DNA of 48,757 nucleotides from a bacterium (GTDB lineage: Bacteria > Patescibacteriota > Minisyncoccia > Minisyncoccales > RBG-13-42-11), in assembly GCA_043817685.1 (NCBI GenBank), contig JBDRGQ010000016.1:1-48757 (forward strand). Direction: 5' to 3'. The position numbers were made by a program, and so were the translations under genes. Below the pieces are notes generated by a model. The model saw only the letters and a list, made by a program, of their open reading frames with translations. It did no database searches and was not told the origin of the DNA. Positions 1-10,356 of this stretch are shown here, piece by piece; position 1 is the stretch's first letter, and every line of letters starts with the position of its first letter.

Positions 1-174
1 TCTCAAGCAGAAGCAGTAAGGCATGGAATAGCTAAAGCTTTAACTATTCATGACCCTGAAAATAGAAATAGTTTAAAAGGAACAAGATATTTAACTAGAG
101 ATCCTAGGATGAGGGAAAGAAAGAAGTTTGGTTTGAAAAGAGCAAGACGTGCCCCTCAATGGTCTAAGAGATAA
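1..174 (+). CDS. rpsI: 30S ribosomal protein S9, 3' part (5'-truncated by window)
   Basis: Frame 1 reads [14 protein letters not shown]...[27 protein letters not shown], the canonical S9 C-terminus. Confidence 0.97.
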   Translation, partial: SQAEAVRHGIAKALTIHDPENRNSLKGTRYLTRDPRMRERKKFGLKRARRAPQWSKR

Positions 175-198
175 TTCTCTTTTAAAATATATTTTATA

Positions 199-909
199 AT
201 GTTTAATTTATCTGACTTGATAGACAAATTTTATTTGGATAAACAAAGAGACAGAGAACAGAAGCATTTCTATATTACGGATGCTGGAAGATGTGCTAGG
301 TCTCTTTTTTTTAAGTTTAAGAATGTTCCTAAAAAAGATATGGAGCCTAATATTCTTAGGCTGTTTGATCATGGAGATCATATGCATCAATTAATTATGA
401 AGCCTCTTTTAAGTATGAGAGATGTTCATGTTGTGGCTTCAGAAGTGAATATCCCTCCCCAAGAGCTTATTTCCGGTAGGGCAGATGCTATAATTTCAGA
501 CGGAAAGAACATGTATGTTTTGGATATTAAAAGTATGAATAGTATGCTTTTTGAAAAGATGATAGAGCCTAAATCAGAGAATGTGGATCAGATTCAAATG
601 TATTTGCATTATTTCAAGGTACCTAAAGGAATTCTTCTTTACGTAAATAAAAATACTCTTGCTTTGAAAGAGTATATAGTGGATTACGATAAAAAGAGGG
701 TATTGGGTCTTTTGAAATATTTAGAGCAGACGAAAAAAAAGATAGATACTAATATTGTACCTGATAGGATAGAAGAGTATCCTGATAGTTGGCAGTGTAG
801 ATATTGTCAATTTAAAGAACTTTGCGTTTTGGCTAATTCAGGAGAACTTACTTGGGTAGATTTTCAAAAGAAAGTAGAATTAAGGGAGAAGAGTATCGGA
901 GACAAATAG
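199..909 (+). CDS. Solo Cas4-like PD-(D/E)XK nuclease
   Basis: N-terminal Cys (GRCAR), GRAD, DIKS, QxxxY and C-terminal CRYCQFKELC cluster; no cas1/cas2 or array nearby. Confidence 0.8.
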   Translation: MFNLSDLIDKFYLDKQRDREQKHFYITDAGRCARSLFFKFKNVPKKDMEPNILRLFDHGDHMHQLIMKPLLSMRDVHVVASEVNIPPQELISGRADAIISDGKNMYVLDIKSMNSMLFEKMIEPKSENVDQIQMYLHYFKVPKGILLYVNKNTLALKEYIVDYDKKRVLGLLKYLEQTKKKIDTNIVPDRIEEYPDSWQCRYCQFKELCVLANSGELTWVDFQKKVELREKSIGDK

Positions 910-2007
910 GTTATTTTCGCTTAAATAATATAATTTCTCTTCGTTTTCATTCCAGAATATTTCTGGATTTTTTGTTTCTATAACAGTTATTATGTTTAGA
1001 ACATCTCTATTGTCTATTTCTGTTATTTTTACAATATCTTCTGTAGAAAAAACTATATGGTCAGATTTAATCCAGGCACAGTCGTTTATACCGTCCGATA
1101 GTCTTAATAAGAGCATTTTTTCTCCTTCTTTTTTGTTTGGAATTATAGTGTCTTTTAAAAAGAATATGGATATTTCATGTTCAGAAAAGTATAAAAGTTT
1201 TTTATTGTCTTGAGATATTTTAAATCCCTTTATTCCTTCTGCTATTTTTTCGAATGATTCTGAATTAGGAGATTTAACGTATAATAATTCTCCTTCTTTT
1301 TTGAAAGTATAATTGCTATAAGTGTGTTCTATAGATTTATCGAAATTTTCAATTTCAGTTAAAATGAGAGGTGTTTCTTTAGGATTAAAACTAAAGTATC
1401 TTTTATTTTTTGCTATTTCGGTTTCTAGTATTATTTCAGAAGAAGTAGCTGAGAATGTTATATTTGTTAACTCAACTTTCTTAGAATAAATATCACCTTC
1501 TTTTAATAATTCTGTTTCTTTTTCGGATTCATAGACTGTTAAAATCCATCCACTTGTTGTAGCTTTTTTTAATATTATATTTTGATTTGGAGTTGGCCAG
1601 ATATTTTCTACATTTTTTACTAAAGAGCTGAAATTAAATTCTTCTGGGAATAATAATATACTTTTGGCTTCTGCGACTTCTTTTTCTTTAACTTCTAAGG
1701 TTTTTTTCCAAGATTGGTAATTTTCTTTTTTTACTTCTATTTCATATTTGCCAGGTAATAAGTTTTCTACTAAAGCTGAACCAAAAAGGAAATCTGTTTT
1801 CTCTGTGATTTTCCCGTCAATATATATTTCAGCTTGTTTCGGAGAAGATTTTATAAAGATTCCTCCAGTTTGAGTTATGAATTTTTCTCCTTCCTTGGTA
1901 TTTATATTAAGTCTATATCCTTGGGAGTATAGTATAACAGAAGGTCCCCCTATGATAAACAGGAAAGAACATATTAAAAATATGATTGTTCTTGTTTTTT
2001 TGGCCAT
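880..2007 (-). CDS. Membrane-anchored PEGA-domain protein
   Basis: N-terminal TM helix, TGGIFIKSSPKQAEIYIDGK...LLPGKYEIEVKKENY PEGA pattern, beta-rich C-terminus. Confidence 0.75.
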   Translation of the reverse strand: MAKKTRTIIFLICSFLFIIGGPSVILYSQGYRLNINTKEGEKFITQTGGIFIKSSPKQAEIYIDGKITEKTDFLFGSALVENLLPGKYEIEVKKENYQSWKKTLEVKEKEVAEAKSILLFPEEFNFSSLVKNVENIWPTPNQNIILKKATTSGWILTVYESEKETELLKEGDIYSKKVELTNITFSATSSEIILETEIAKNKRYFSFNPKETPLILTEIENFDKSIEHTYSNYTFKKEGELLYVKSPNSESFEKIAEGIKGFKISQDNKKLLYFSEHEISIFFLKDTIIPNKKEGEKMLLLRLSDGINDCAWIKSDHIVFSTEDIVKITEIDNRDVLNIITVIETKNPEIFWNENEEKLYYLSENNLFVSDTLLP

Positions 2008-2061
2008 GCTCCCCTTATATTATAGGAAAAATGTCTAATTTTCAAGACCTAGATTTTTTAT

Positions 2062-2090
2062 TTGTCAAAAAACAATAATTAATATAGAAT
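2062..2090 (+). promoter_or_regulatory. Sigma70-like promoter of mreB operon
   Basis: TTGTCA-N17-TAGAAT. Confidence 0.6.
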
Positions 2091-2098
2091 AAATCAGT

Positions 2099-2156
2099 GG
2101 GCGATGAAGGATAAACCCTCATTTTCACCTTCATTTTTATTATATAAAAACTCGGT
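2099..2156 (-). repeat. Two-hairpin REP-like element, copy A
   Basis: Minus strand: ACCGA GTTTTTAT ata ATAAAAAT GAAGGTGAA a ATGAGGG tttat CCTTCAT CGC. Confidence 0.75.
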
Positions 2157-2158
2157 TT

Positions 2159-3163
2159 ATGGTAAGGAAAATTGGCATAGATTTAGGTACTGCAAACTCT
2201 TTGGTTTTTATCCCTAAAAAGGGGATAGTCTTGCAAGAACCTTCTGTGGTTGCTATTTCTTTGGATGAAAATAGGATTTTAGCTGTTGGGGATGCGGCAA
2301 AAGAAATGACTGGTCGTACTCCTGATACGATAAGAGTTTATAGGCCATTGAAAGATGGTGTTATTGCTGATTTTAGAGTAACTCAGGCAATGCTTAGGTA
2401 TTTTATTGAGAGAGTATCTGGTTTTTGGAAAATGTTCAAACCAGAATTAATGATTGGGATACCGGCTGGAATTACTTCTACTGAAAAAAGAGCAGTTATA
2501 GAAGCTGCAATGAATGCAGGAGCTAAGCAAACTTTTTTAGCAAAAGAGCCTATTTTAGCAGCTATTGGAGCTTCTATCCCTATTAATTCATGTTCTGGTA
2601 ATATGATTGTTGATATTGGAGGTGGAACCTCTGAAATAGCTGTTATTTCTTTAGGTGGAATAGTGACTTGTAACTCTTTAAGGGTAGGAGGAGATAAAAT
2701 GGATTTAGCTATATCAGACTATATTAAAAAGAAATATAATTTAGCTATAGGAGAGCAAACAGCAGAGGAAATAAAAGTAAAGATAGGAACAGCTTTACCA
2801 GAGAAAGAAGAAAGGCAGTTAGAAATTAGAGGGAGAGATTTAATTTCTGGTTTACCAAGAACTGTTAAAATTTCTTCTAACGAGATATCAGAAGCTACGT
2901 ATGATATTATTAGTGAAATAATTCAGGCCATCAAATCGGTATTAAGAGATACTCCTCCAGAATTGTCAGCTGATATAATTGATAAAGGAATGATATTGTC
3001 TGGTGGGGGAGCTTTGGTAAGAAATCTATCAGAAAGAATATCACAAGAAACTGGAGTTCCTAGTTTTTTGGCAGAAGATCCTTTGCTTTGTGTTGCCAAG
3101 GGAACAGGAGTAGTTTTAGACAATTTGGATGCTTATAAAAAAAGCATAATGTCAAAAAAATGA
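2159..3163 (+). CDS. mreB: Rod shape-determining protein MreB/Mbl (paralog 1)
   Basis: IGIDLGTAN, EPSVVA, VDIGGGT, LSGGGA actin-like ATPase motifs. Confidence 0.95.
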   Translation: MVRKIGIDLGTANSLVFIPKKGIVLQEPSVVAISLDENRILAVGDAAKEMTGRTPDTIRVYRPLKDGVIADFRVTQAMLRYFIERVSGFWKMFKPELMIGIPAGITSTEKRAVIEAAMNAGAKQTFLAKEPILAAIGASIPINSCSGNMIVDIGGGTSEIAVISLGGIVTCNSLRVGGDKMDLAISDYIKKKYNLAIGEQTAEEIKVKIGTALPEKEERQLEIRGRDLISGLPRTVKISSNEISEATYDIISEIIQAIKSVLRDTPPELSADIIDKGMILSGGGALVRNLSERISQETGVPSFLAEDPLLCVAKGTGVVLDNLDAYKKSIMSKK

Positions 3164-4023
3164 TTATAGGCCATAAAAAACAATGGCAATTTTTAAAAAA
3201 GATATCTGAAACAGGAAATATTTCGCATGCTTTTTTATTTTCTGGACAGGAGAAATTGGGGAAGAAAAAAGTTGCTACAGAATGGATTTCTTTTTTATTC
3301 GGACAGGATATAGAGAAAAAAGCTCATCCTGATTTTATAATTATTGAGCCAGCCGGAAAAGAAATACAGATAGACCAGATAAAAGAATTAATAAGAAGCT
3401 TGTCTTTAAAGCCCCATTCAGCTCCGTTCAAAGCAGTCATTATAGATAAAGCTCATTTAATGAATCCAGAAGCTCAATCATCTCTTTTAAAAACGTTAGA
3501 AGAGCCTAAAGGTAACACATTATTGATTTTAGTGAGTGAAGAACCAAATCATCTTCTGCCCACTATCGTTTCCAGAGTTCAGACAGTTAAATTTTATCCA
3601 GTAGGGATAGAAGAAATGAAAAAGGGCTTAGGAGATAAGAGAACAGATTTAGAAGAAATATTTAACATATCTTTGGGCAGTCCGGGACAGGCATTGGATT
3701 TAACCTTAGACAGCCAAAAAAAAGCAGATTTTGATAAAAAGATTAAAGAAATAGAAAGTATTTCTAAGTCGGATTTATACCAGAGGTTTGAATACGTTAA
3801 AACGTTAACAGAAAACTCTCTGGATTTGAAAGAAACTCTTAAAGTATGGACATTTTATTTCAGAAATATTTTAATTTCCAAAATATCAGGAAAGAAAAAA
3901 GATGATTATCCCTTGGAAAAAATTAAGAAAATATTGCATTCAATCCAGTCAGCCAATTATTTAATATCCAACACAAATGTTAATTCAAGGTTGCTTTTAG
4001 AAACCTTGATGATAGAAATTTAA
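3160..4023 (+). CDS. holB: DNA polymerase III delta' subunit
   Basis: HAFLFSG, HPDF, IDQIKEL, LLKTLEEP, LLPTIVSR. Confidence 0.9.
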   Translation: MIIGHKKQWQFLKKISETGNISHAFLFSGQEKLGKKKVATEWISFLFGQDIEKKAHPDFIIIEPAGKEIQIDQIKELIRSLSLKPHSAPFKAVIIDKAHLMNPEAQSSLLKTLEEPKGNTLLILVSEEPNHLLPTIVSRVQTVKFYPVGIEEMKKGLGDKRTDLEEIFNISLGSPGQALDLTLDSQKKADFDKKIKEIESISKSDLYQRFEYVKTLTENSLDLKETLKVWTFYFRNILISKISGKKKDDYPLEKIKKILHSIQSANYLISNTNVNSRLLLETLMIEI

Positions 4024-4024
4024 A

Positions 4025-4579
4025 ATGCACAAAGAAATATTGCAAAAAATACAACCGGAAATAGATAAAGTTATTGTTTTTTTGGAAAGGGAATTTACTA
4101 AAATAAGGACAGGAAGAGCTAACTCTTCTTTGGTGGAAGACGTTGTGGTTGATTGTTTTGGTGAAAAATTTCCCTTAAAACAATTGGCCGCTATTTCTAT
4201 TCCAGAACCAAAACAAATCCTTATCCAGCCCTGGGATAAATCCTATGTGGAAGGAATAGTTGCAGCTTTGGAAAAAACAGGAGTAGGGGCAAATCCCATA
4301 GTGGACAAAGATTCAATCAGAATAAATCTTCCAGCTCTGAATGAAGATTATAGAAAAGAACTTCAAAGGGTTATTTCAGAAAAACAAGAAGAAGCCAGAA
4401 AGACAATAAGGCATTGGAGGGAAGAGGCCTGGTCAGAAATACAGGAGAAGAGCAAATCTGGAGAAATAAGAGAGGACGATAAATTCAGAGCGAAAGATGA
4501 TCTTCAAAAAATGGTGGATGAAGCAAATAAGAAGGTAGAAGATTTAGGAGAGAGAAAAAAACAGGAAGTTTTAGAATAA
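4025..4579 (+). CDS. frr: Ribosome recycling factor
   Basis: IRTGRAN, IQPWDKS, IRINLPAL. Confidence 0.97.
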   Translation: MHKEILQKIQPEIDKVIVFLEREFTKIRTGRANSSLVEDVVVDCFGEKFPLKQLAAISIPEPKQILIQPWDKSYVEGIVAALEKTGVGANPIVDKDSIRINLPALNEDYRKELQRVISEKQEEARKTIRHWREEAWSEIQEKSKSGEIREDDKFRAKDDLQKMVDEANKKVEDLGERKKQEVLE

Positions 4580-4582
4580 ATT

Positions 4583-5674
4583 ATGCTGACAATTATTATT
4601 GCAATAGTATCTATAATAGGATTGCTCGTTCTTCATGAACTTGGCCATTTTATAATAGCCAAGTTTTTCAAAATAAAAGTGGAAGAATTTGGCGTTGGTT
4701 ATCCTCCAAAGATATTCGGAAAGAAAATAGGGGATACTATTTATTCCCTGAATTGGCTGCCCTTCGGAGCCTTCGTCAGAATACCAGGGCCAGACGGAGA
4801 AGGAGAAAGCACAAAAGACGCCAAAGATTATGAAAGAAAGCCGGCTTGGCAGAAAGCCGCAGTTTTACTTGGGGGGGTCGTGTCTTTTTGGATAATAGCA
4901 GCCATTCTTTTGAGTATTGCTTTTTCAATAGGCGTTCCTAGAGCAATTTCAGATACAGAAACAGAAAATTTAGTAAATGTAAAAGTTCAGATATTAGCCG
5001 CTTCTCTGGATTCACCGGCCAAATCAGCAGGGTTGAAACCAGGAGACGCAATTACTGGATTCAGAGTCGGAGATTTGGAAGTTCCGATCCAAACAGTTGA
5101 AGAAGTCCAGGAATTTACCCAAGAATATAAGGGGCAGGAAGTTATTGTTCTGATTGACAGGGGAGAAGAATCTTTTGAAGCTCCTTTAACTTTAAGAATT
5201 GATCCTCCTGAGGATGAAGGTTCCTTGGGGGTAATGATAGTAAGAACGGCTGACCAATCTTATTCGTGGAAAGAAGCTCCTATATTAGGAATTCAATCAA
5301 CAGCAGATTTAACAGTTCAGGTTGTTGTCGGCTGGGGGAATGTTTTAAAAAGCTTGTTTACTGGAGAAGGAATGCCTGACGGAGTCCAGTTTATAGGTCC
5401 TATCGGAATAGGTTCTTTATTAAACCAGGCGGCTAAAATAGGTGTTAATTATTTTCTGCAGTTTATAGCGATGATTGCTATTTATCTGGCAGTCTTGAAT
5501 ATCCTTCCTATCCCTGCTCTGGATGGAGGAAGATTGGTTTTTCTGGCTATTGAGAAAATAAAAGGAAGACCCATTAACAGAAAAATAGAACAGAGGATAA
5601 ACGGCGCAGTTTTCTTTATTCTCCTAATTTTAATGGCTTTTGTTACAATAAAAGATGTAAGCAATCTATTTTAA
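4583..5674 (+). CDS. rseP: RIP metalloprotease RseP (M50 family, PDZ domain)
   Basis: HELGH, EFGVGYPP, NILPIPALDGG. Confidence 0.92.
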   Translation: MLTIIIAIVSIIGLLVLHELGHFIIAKFFKIKVEEFGVGYPPKIFGKKIGDTIYSLNWLPFGAFVRIPGPDGEGESTKDAKDYERKPAWQKAAVLLGGVVSFWIIAAILLSIAFSIGVPRAISDTETENLVNVKVQILAASLDSPAKSAGLKPGDAITGFRVGDLEVPIQTVEEVQEFTQEYKGQEVIVLIDRGEESFEAPLTLRIDPPEDEGSLGVMIVRTADQSYSWKEAPILGIQSTADLTVQVVVGWGNVLKSLFTGEGMPDGVQFIGPIGIGSLLNQAAKIGVNYFLQFIAMIAIYLAVLNILPIPALDGGRLVFLAIEKIKGRPINRKIEQRINGAVFFILLILMAFVTIKDVSNLF

Positions 5675-5675
5675 A

Positions 5676-6908
5676 ATGAAGCAATCTAAATTATTCACAA
5701 AAACCCTAAAAGAAGCTCCGAAAGAGGAATTAAGTATTAATGCGAAACTTCTTACCAGGGGAGGATTTATAGACAAAATAATGACCGGAGTTTATTCTTA
5801 TTTGCCTCTGGGATTTTTAGTTTTAAAGAATATCGAAGAAATAATAAGACAAGAAATGCAGAAAGTAGGGGGAGAGGAAGTTTTTCTTCCGGGTTTGCTT
5901 CCCAAAGAACCCTGGCAGAAAACAGATCGCTGGAAATATCCTGAAATGTTTAAATTGCAAAATAGATCAGGCAAGGAATTTTCTTTGGGATGGACGCACG
6001 AGGAAATAATAACTCCTTTGGTCCAGAAGTTTGTCCAGTCTTATAAAGATCTGCCTGTGTATGTTTATCAGTTTCAGGATAAATTTAGAGACGAATTAAG
6101 GTCTAAATCCGGACTTTTGAGAGGAGTAGAATTTATGATGAAAGATTTGTATTCTTTTCATTTGGATGAAAAAGATTTGGATAGTTTTTATTCCAAAATG
6201 ACAAAAGCTTATTTCCAGATATTCAAAAGATGCGGTTTGGAAAAAGAAACATTTTTGACCTTGGCCTCAGGAGGAGTTTTCAGCAAATATTCTCATGAAT
6301 TCCAGACAGTTACTCCTTTTGGAGAGGATGAAATATATTTCTGCTCCAAATGCAAGATAGCCGTGAACAAAGAAATAATAAAAGAGGAAAAAAATCAGTG
6401 TCCTCGGTGTAAAAACAAGAAACTGGAACTTAAAAAATCTATAGAAGTTGGTAATATATTCAAAATAAAAGACAGATTTACCAAAGCGTTTGATTTTAAG
6501 GTGAAAGATGAAAATGGAAAGGAAAAATATTTGTTAATGGGTTGCTATGGCATTGGCTTGGGCAGGTTAATGGGAACTATTATAGAGGTTCATAACGATG
6601 AAAATGGAATTATTTGGCCAGAAGAAGTATCCCCCTTCAAATTCCATTTAATTCCGGCAGGAGGAAAAGATATATTTAAAAAAGCTGAAAAGATATATCA
6701 AGACTTGCAGAAACAAGGAATTAAATTATTATACGACGACAGGGAAAAGTCTGTTGGTGAGAAATTTGCCGATGCGGATTTGATAGGCATTCCCAACAGA
6801 TTAGTGGTGAGTAAAGACACGCTTTCTAAAAATTCTCTTGAGTTGAAAAAGAGATTTAATAATAAGATATCTTTGATAAAGCTGGGTCAGCTTAAAAAGG
6901 TAATATGA
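5676..6908 (+). CDS. proS: Proline-tRNA ligase, short form without INS editing domain
   Basis: THEE, FRDELR, EFMMKDLYSF, GCYGIG. Confidence 0.93.
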   Translation: MKQSKLFTKTLKEAPKEELSINAKLLTRGGFIDKIMTGVYSYLPLGFLVLKNIEEIIRQEMQKVGGEEVFLPGLLPKEPWQKTDRWKYPEMFKLQNRSGKEFSLGWTHEEIITPLVQKFVQSYKDLPVYVYQFQDKFRDELRSKSGLLRGVEFMMKDLYSFHLDEKDLDSFYSKMTKAYFQIFKRCGLEKETFLTLASGGVFSKYSHEFQTVTPFGEDEIYFCSKCKIAVNKEIIKEEKNQCPRCKNKKLELKKSIEVGNIFKIKDRFTKAFDFKVKDENGKEKYLLMGCYGIGLGRLMGTIIEVHNDENGIIWPEEVSPFKFHLIPAGGKDIFKKAEKIYQDLQKQGIKLLYDDREKSVGEKFADADLIGIPNRLVVSKDTLSKNSLELKKRFNNKISLIKLGQLKKVI

Positions 6909-7966
6909 TTAATATGGTAAATAAATTACTTTCTTATCTTTCAGAAGACTTAGGTATAGATTTAGGTACTGCTAATTCTTTGGTTTATATGAGGGGAAAG
7001 GGGATTATAATTACTGAACCCTCGGTAGTAGCGGTTAACAAAAAAACAGGCCAGATTTTGGCCATTGGTCAGGAAGCAAAGAAAATGGTTGGAAGAACTC
7101 CAGCTCACATCGTTTCTACCAGGCCCTTGGTTTCAGGAGTGGTTTCAGATTTTGAAGTTACAGAGCAAATGTTGAAATACTTTATTGAAAAAGCTTATAA
7201 AAGAAAGTACTTAATAGGTCCTAGGCCAAGAGTGGTTGTTGGTGTTCCTTGCGGAGTTACAGAAGTGGAAAAGAAGGCCGTGAGGGATGCGACTAGGAAT
7301 GCAGGCGCCAGGGAAGTGTTTTTAGTGGAAGAACCAATGGCAGCTGCTATTGGAGCCAGATTACCGATCCAGGATGCAGGGGGTAATTTTATTGTTGATA
7401 TTGGAGGAGGGACTACAGAAGTTGCGGTGATTTCTTTGGGAGGAATAGTAATAGCAAAAAGTTTAAGAATTGCAGGGGACAAATTGAATGAAGATATAAT
7501 TCAGTTCGCCCAGGACGAATACAAGTTATTGATTGGAGAAAGAACTGCAGAGTCTTTAAAAATAGGAATAGGTTCTGCTTATCCTTTGAAAGAAAAAAGG
7601 CAATTGCCCATGAGGGGAAGGAACTTAGTAACAGGATTGCCAGAAGAAATATTAGTTTCTGACGAAGACATCAGAAGAGCTATGGAAAAATCCATAAAGC
7701 AGATAGTGGCCGAAATTAAAACTGCTGTGGAAGAAACTCCCCCTGAATTACTTGCCGATATTATGGCTTCTGGAATTTTCTTGGCTGGCGGAGGGTCTCT
7801 TTTAAGGGGATTGGATACTTTAATCCAGAAAGAAACAAAGATACCTACTAAAATTATAGAAGATCCAATGACTGCCGTGGCCAGGGGAGCTGGTATGATA
7901 TTGGAGAATCTAGACGATTTAAAAGACATTCTGGTGGAAACAGATAACTTGGATCCGCCGAAATAA
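6905..7966 (+). CDS. mreB: Rod shape-determining protein MreB (paralog 2; start may be 6914)
   Basis: LGIDLGTAN, EEPMAAAIGA, VDIGGGTTE, LAGGGSLL. Confidence 0.95.
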   Translation: MINMVNKLLSYLSEDLGIDLGTANSLVYMRGKGIIITEPSVVAVNKKTGQILAIGQEAKKMVGRTPAHIVSTRPLVSGVVSDFEVTEQMLKYFIEKAYKRKYLIGPRPRVVVGVPCGVTEVEKKAVRDATRNAGAREVFLVEEPMAAAIGARLPIQDAGGNFIVDIGGGTTEVAVISLGGIVIAKSLRIAGDKLNEDIIQFAQDEYKLLIGERTAESLKIGIGSAYPLKEKRQLPMRGRNLVTGLPEEILVSDEDIRRAMEKSIKQIVAEIKTAVEETPPELLADIMASGIFLAGGGSLLRGLDTLIQKETKIPTKIIEDPMTAVARGAGMILENLDDLKDILVETDNLDPPK

Positions 7967-7968
7967 AA

Positions 7969-8020
7969 GCCAATGAACTACATTCATTTCCACTTTCGCC
8001 TTAATAAATTAAAGCTCGGT
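7969..8020 (-). repeat. Two-hairpin REP-like element, copy B
   Basis: Minus strand: ACCGA GCTTTAA ttta TTAAGGC GAAAGTGGA AATGAA tgtag TTCATT GGC. Confidence 0.7.
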
Positions 8021-8022
8021 AC

Positions 8023-8307
8023 ATGATATCTAAAGAGGAGGTAAAACATATAGCTAAATTAGCCAGATTGGGCATTTCTGACAAAGAGATAACAAAATAC
8101 CAAAAAGATTTGTCTTCGGTTTTAGATTACATAGAAAAACTGGAAAGAGTTAATGTTTCAGGGGTAGAACCAACAAGTCATCCTTTTTCATCTGAAAATG
8201 TTGTTAGAGAAGACGAAGTTTTGAATAAAAAAGATAATGGGAAACTGGTGGATATGGCGCCTGATAAAAAAGATAATTACGTTAAGGTAAAGTCTATTTT
8301 AAAATGA
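8023..8307 (+). CDS. gatC: Asp/Glu-tRNA amidotransferase subunit C
   Basis: [23 protein letters not shown]. Confidence 0.96.
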   Translation: MISKEEVKHIAKLARLGISDKEITKYQKDLSSVLDYIEKLERVNVSGVEPTSHPFSSENVVREDEVLNKKDNGKLVDMAPDKKDNYVKVKSILK

Positions 8308-9722
8308 ATCTTACAGAACTGACAATAAAACAAACGGCAGAAGGTTTAAAGAAAAAAGAGTTTTCTGCTGTGGATGTCTGTAAGGCTTATTTAGACAAGA
8401 TAAAAAAATTTAATGAAGACATATTCGCTTATCTATTAGTGGATGAAAAAGGAGCGTTATCCCAAGCCGAAGAAGCGGACGAACTAATTTCTAAAAACAA
8501 AGCAGTATCGGTTTTAACCGGCATCCCAGCGGCTATAAAGGATAACATATTGATAGAGGGGTTAAAGTGCACCTCTGCTTCCAAGATACTAGAAAATTAC
8601 GTGGCTCCTTACAATGCTACTGTGATAAAGAAGCTGAAAGAGTGTAAAGCTGTTTTTCTGGGCAAAACTAATATGGATGAATTTGCTATGGGCTCTTCCA
8701 CGGAGAATTCAGCTTTTGGGCCGACCAAGAACCCCAATGATTTGACTAGAGTTCCTGGAGGGTCTTCTGGCGGGTCAGCTTCAACTGTAGCAGCCAATAT
8801 GGCTGCTTTTGCCCTGGGATCAGACACAGGAGGTTCTATACGCCAACCAGCTTCTTTTTGCGGGGTAGTAGGGTTAAAACCGACCTATGGAAGCGTTTCC
8901 CGCTATGGTTTAATGGCTTTTGCTTCATCCTTGGATCAAATAGGTCCTTTAGCCAAAACAGTGGAAGACGCTAAAATAGTGTTTGGGGCAATATCTGGGA
9001 AGGATCCGATGGATTCTACTTCTGTGGATTTGCCTTCTAAAAAAGAGGCTTTTAATTTGAAGGATACGAGGGTTGGTATTCCTAAAGAGTACTTTGTTGG
9101 GGGAATTGATGCTAAAATAGAGAAAGAGATAAAAGCAGCCATTAAAAAGTATGAAGACATGGGGGTTAAAGTGGAAGAGATCAGTCTGCCCCATACAGAT
9201 TATGCTTTGGCAGCTTACTATATTATTAGTCCGTCTGAGGCCTCTGCTAACTTGGCCAGGTTTGACGGGATAAAATATGGAGCCTCTAGCAAAGAAGCTA
9301 AGGATTTATTAGACCTTTATTTAAAAACAAAAGGAAAGGGATTTGGTCCGGAAGTTAGGAGAAGGATAATGCTTGGAACTTATGCCTTGTCTTCTGGTTA
9401 TTACGACGCTTATTATCTGAAAGCTCAAAAGGTGAGGAGCTTGCTAAAGAAAGATTTTGAAAAAGCTTTTAGAAAAGTGGATGCGATATTTACCCCTACT
9501 TCACCGATATTTCCATTTAAAATAGGGGAGAAAATGGATGATCCTTTATCAATGTATTTAGTAGATATTTATACTGTTTCTGTTAATCTGGTTGGCCTGC
9601 CGGCTCTGTCTATACCAATAGCCAGAGTTGATAATTTGCCAGTCGGTCTTCAGATAATCGGGAAGCCTTTTGAAGAATCAAAATTATTTAATTTAGGAAA
9701 TGCCTTCAATGGAAAATATTAG
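8304..9722 (+). CDS. gatA: Asp/Glu-tRNA amidotransferase subunit A
   Basis: Amidase signature [19 protein letters not shown]. Confidence 0.97.
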   Translation: MNLTELTIKQTAEGLKKKEFSAVDVCKAYLDKIKKFNEDIFAYLLVDEKGALSQAEEADELISKNKAVSVLTGIPAAIKDNILIEGLKCTSASKILENYVAPYNATVIKKLKECKAVFLGKTNMDEFAMGSSTENSAFGPTKNPNDLTRVPGGSSGGSASTVAANMAAFALGSDTGGSIRQPASFCGVVGLKPTYGSVSRYGLMAFASSLDQIGPLAKTVEDAKIVFGAISGKDPMDSTSVDLPSKKEAFNLKDTRVGIPKEYFVGGIDAKIEKEIKAAIKKYEDMGVKVEEISLPHTDYALAAYYIISPSEASANLARFDGIKYGASSKEAKDLLDLYLKTKGKGFGPEVRRRIMLGTYALSSGYYDAYYLKAQKVRSLLKKDFEKAFRKVDAIFTPTSPIFPFKIGEKMDDPLSMYLVDIYTVSVNLVGLPALSIPIARVDNLPVGLQIIGKPFEESKLFNLGNAFNGKY

Positions 9723-10230
9723 CCAAGGAGCATTAGCTTTTCTTTTTAGCCCTCCTGAAGACGGGTGGTTTGGGATAGCGAGGATAGTTTTTCTGGCGGC
9801 CAGTTTTCTGTTGGTGGCAGGGATAATTTTCTCCTTGTCAAAAAGCAGTTATCTAAAATTATATTTTCTTGAAGATGCAGTTGAATTTTTAACTTTCAGA
9901 CCAAGTGGAGTAAAAAAACTTGTTAAGGCTTGGAATAAAATTAAGACAAGATTAGATAGTGGTTTGGAATCAGAATATAAATTAGCGGTGATAGAAGCAG
10001 ATGGAGTGTTGGATGATGTCTTAAGAAGAATGGGATACAGGGGAGAAAATTTAGAAGAGAGATTGGCGAAATTAACTTCTGCCACTTTATCTAATATAGA
10101 AAATATTAAAGAAGCCCATAAGTCCCGTACTAATATTTTACATAATCCTGACCAGGGTCTTTCTCTGGATGAGGCAAAAAAAATATTAGCTGTTTTTGAA
10201 AAAGCTTTCGAAGACATACAGGCTTTTTAA
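9700..10230 (+). CDS. Hypothetical membrane-anchored protein
   Basis: TM helix, [12 protein letters not shown]...GE...ERL...AHKSR pattern; overlaps gatA end. Confidence 0.7.
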   Translation: MPSMENISQGALAFLFSPPEDGWFGIARIVFLAASFLLVAGIIFSLSKSSYLKLYFLEDAVEFLTFRPSGVKKLVKAWNKIKTRLDSGLESEYKLAVIEADGVLDDVLRRMGYRGENLEERLAKLTSATLSNIENIKEAHKSRTNILHNPDQGLSLDEAKKILAVFEKAFEDIQAF

Positions 10231-10259
10231 TTGACTTTATATCTAAAAAACAATATAAT
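10231..10259 (+). promoter_or_regulatory. Promoter of tRNA cluster
   Basis: TTGACT-N17-TATAAT. Confidence 0.75.
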
Positions 10260-10275
10260 ATATTTTGTTATTCAT

Positions 10276-10346
10276 CGCGGGGTGGAGAAGTAGTATCTTG
10301 CGAGGCCCATAACCTCGAGACACCGGTGCAATTCCGGTCCCCGCAA
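10276..10346 (+). tRNA. tRNA-Met(CAT), probable initiator
   Basis: Cloverleaf CGCGGGG/CCCCGCA with C1:A72 mismatch; anticodon arm CGAGG-CCCATAA-CCTCG. Confidence 0.85.
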
Positions 10347-10356
10347 CAAGTATTTA

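Noticed and set aside
175-2158. CRISPR array near the Cas4-like gene
   Set aside because: No regularly spaced direct repeats here or elsewhere in the window
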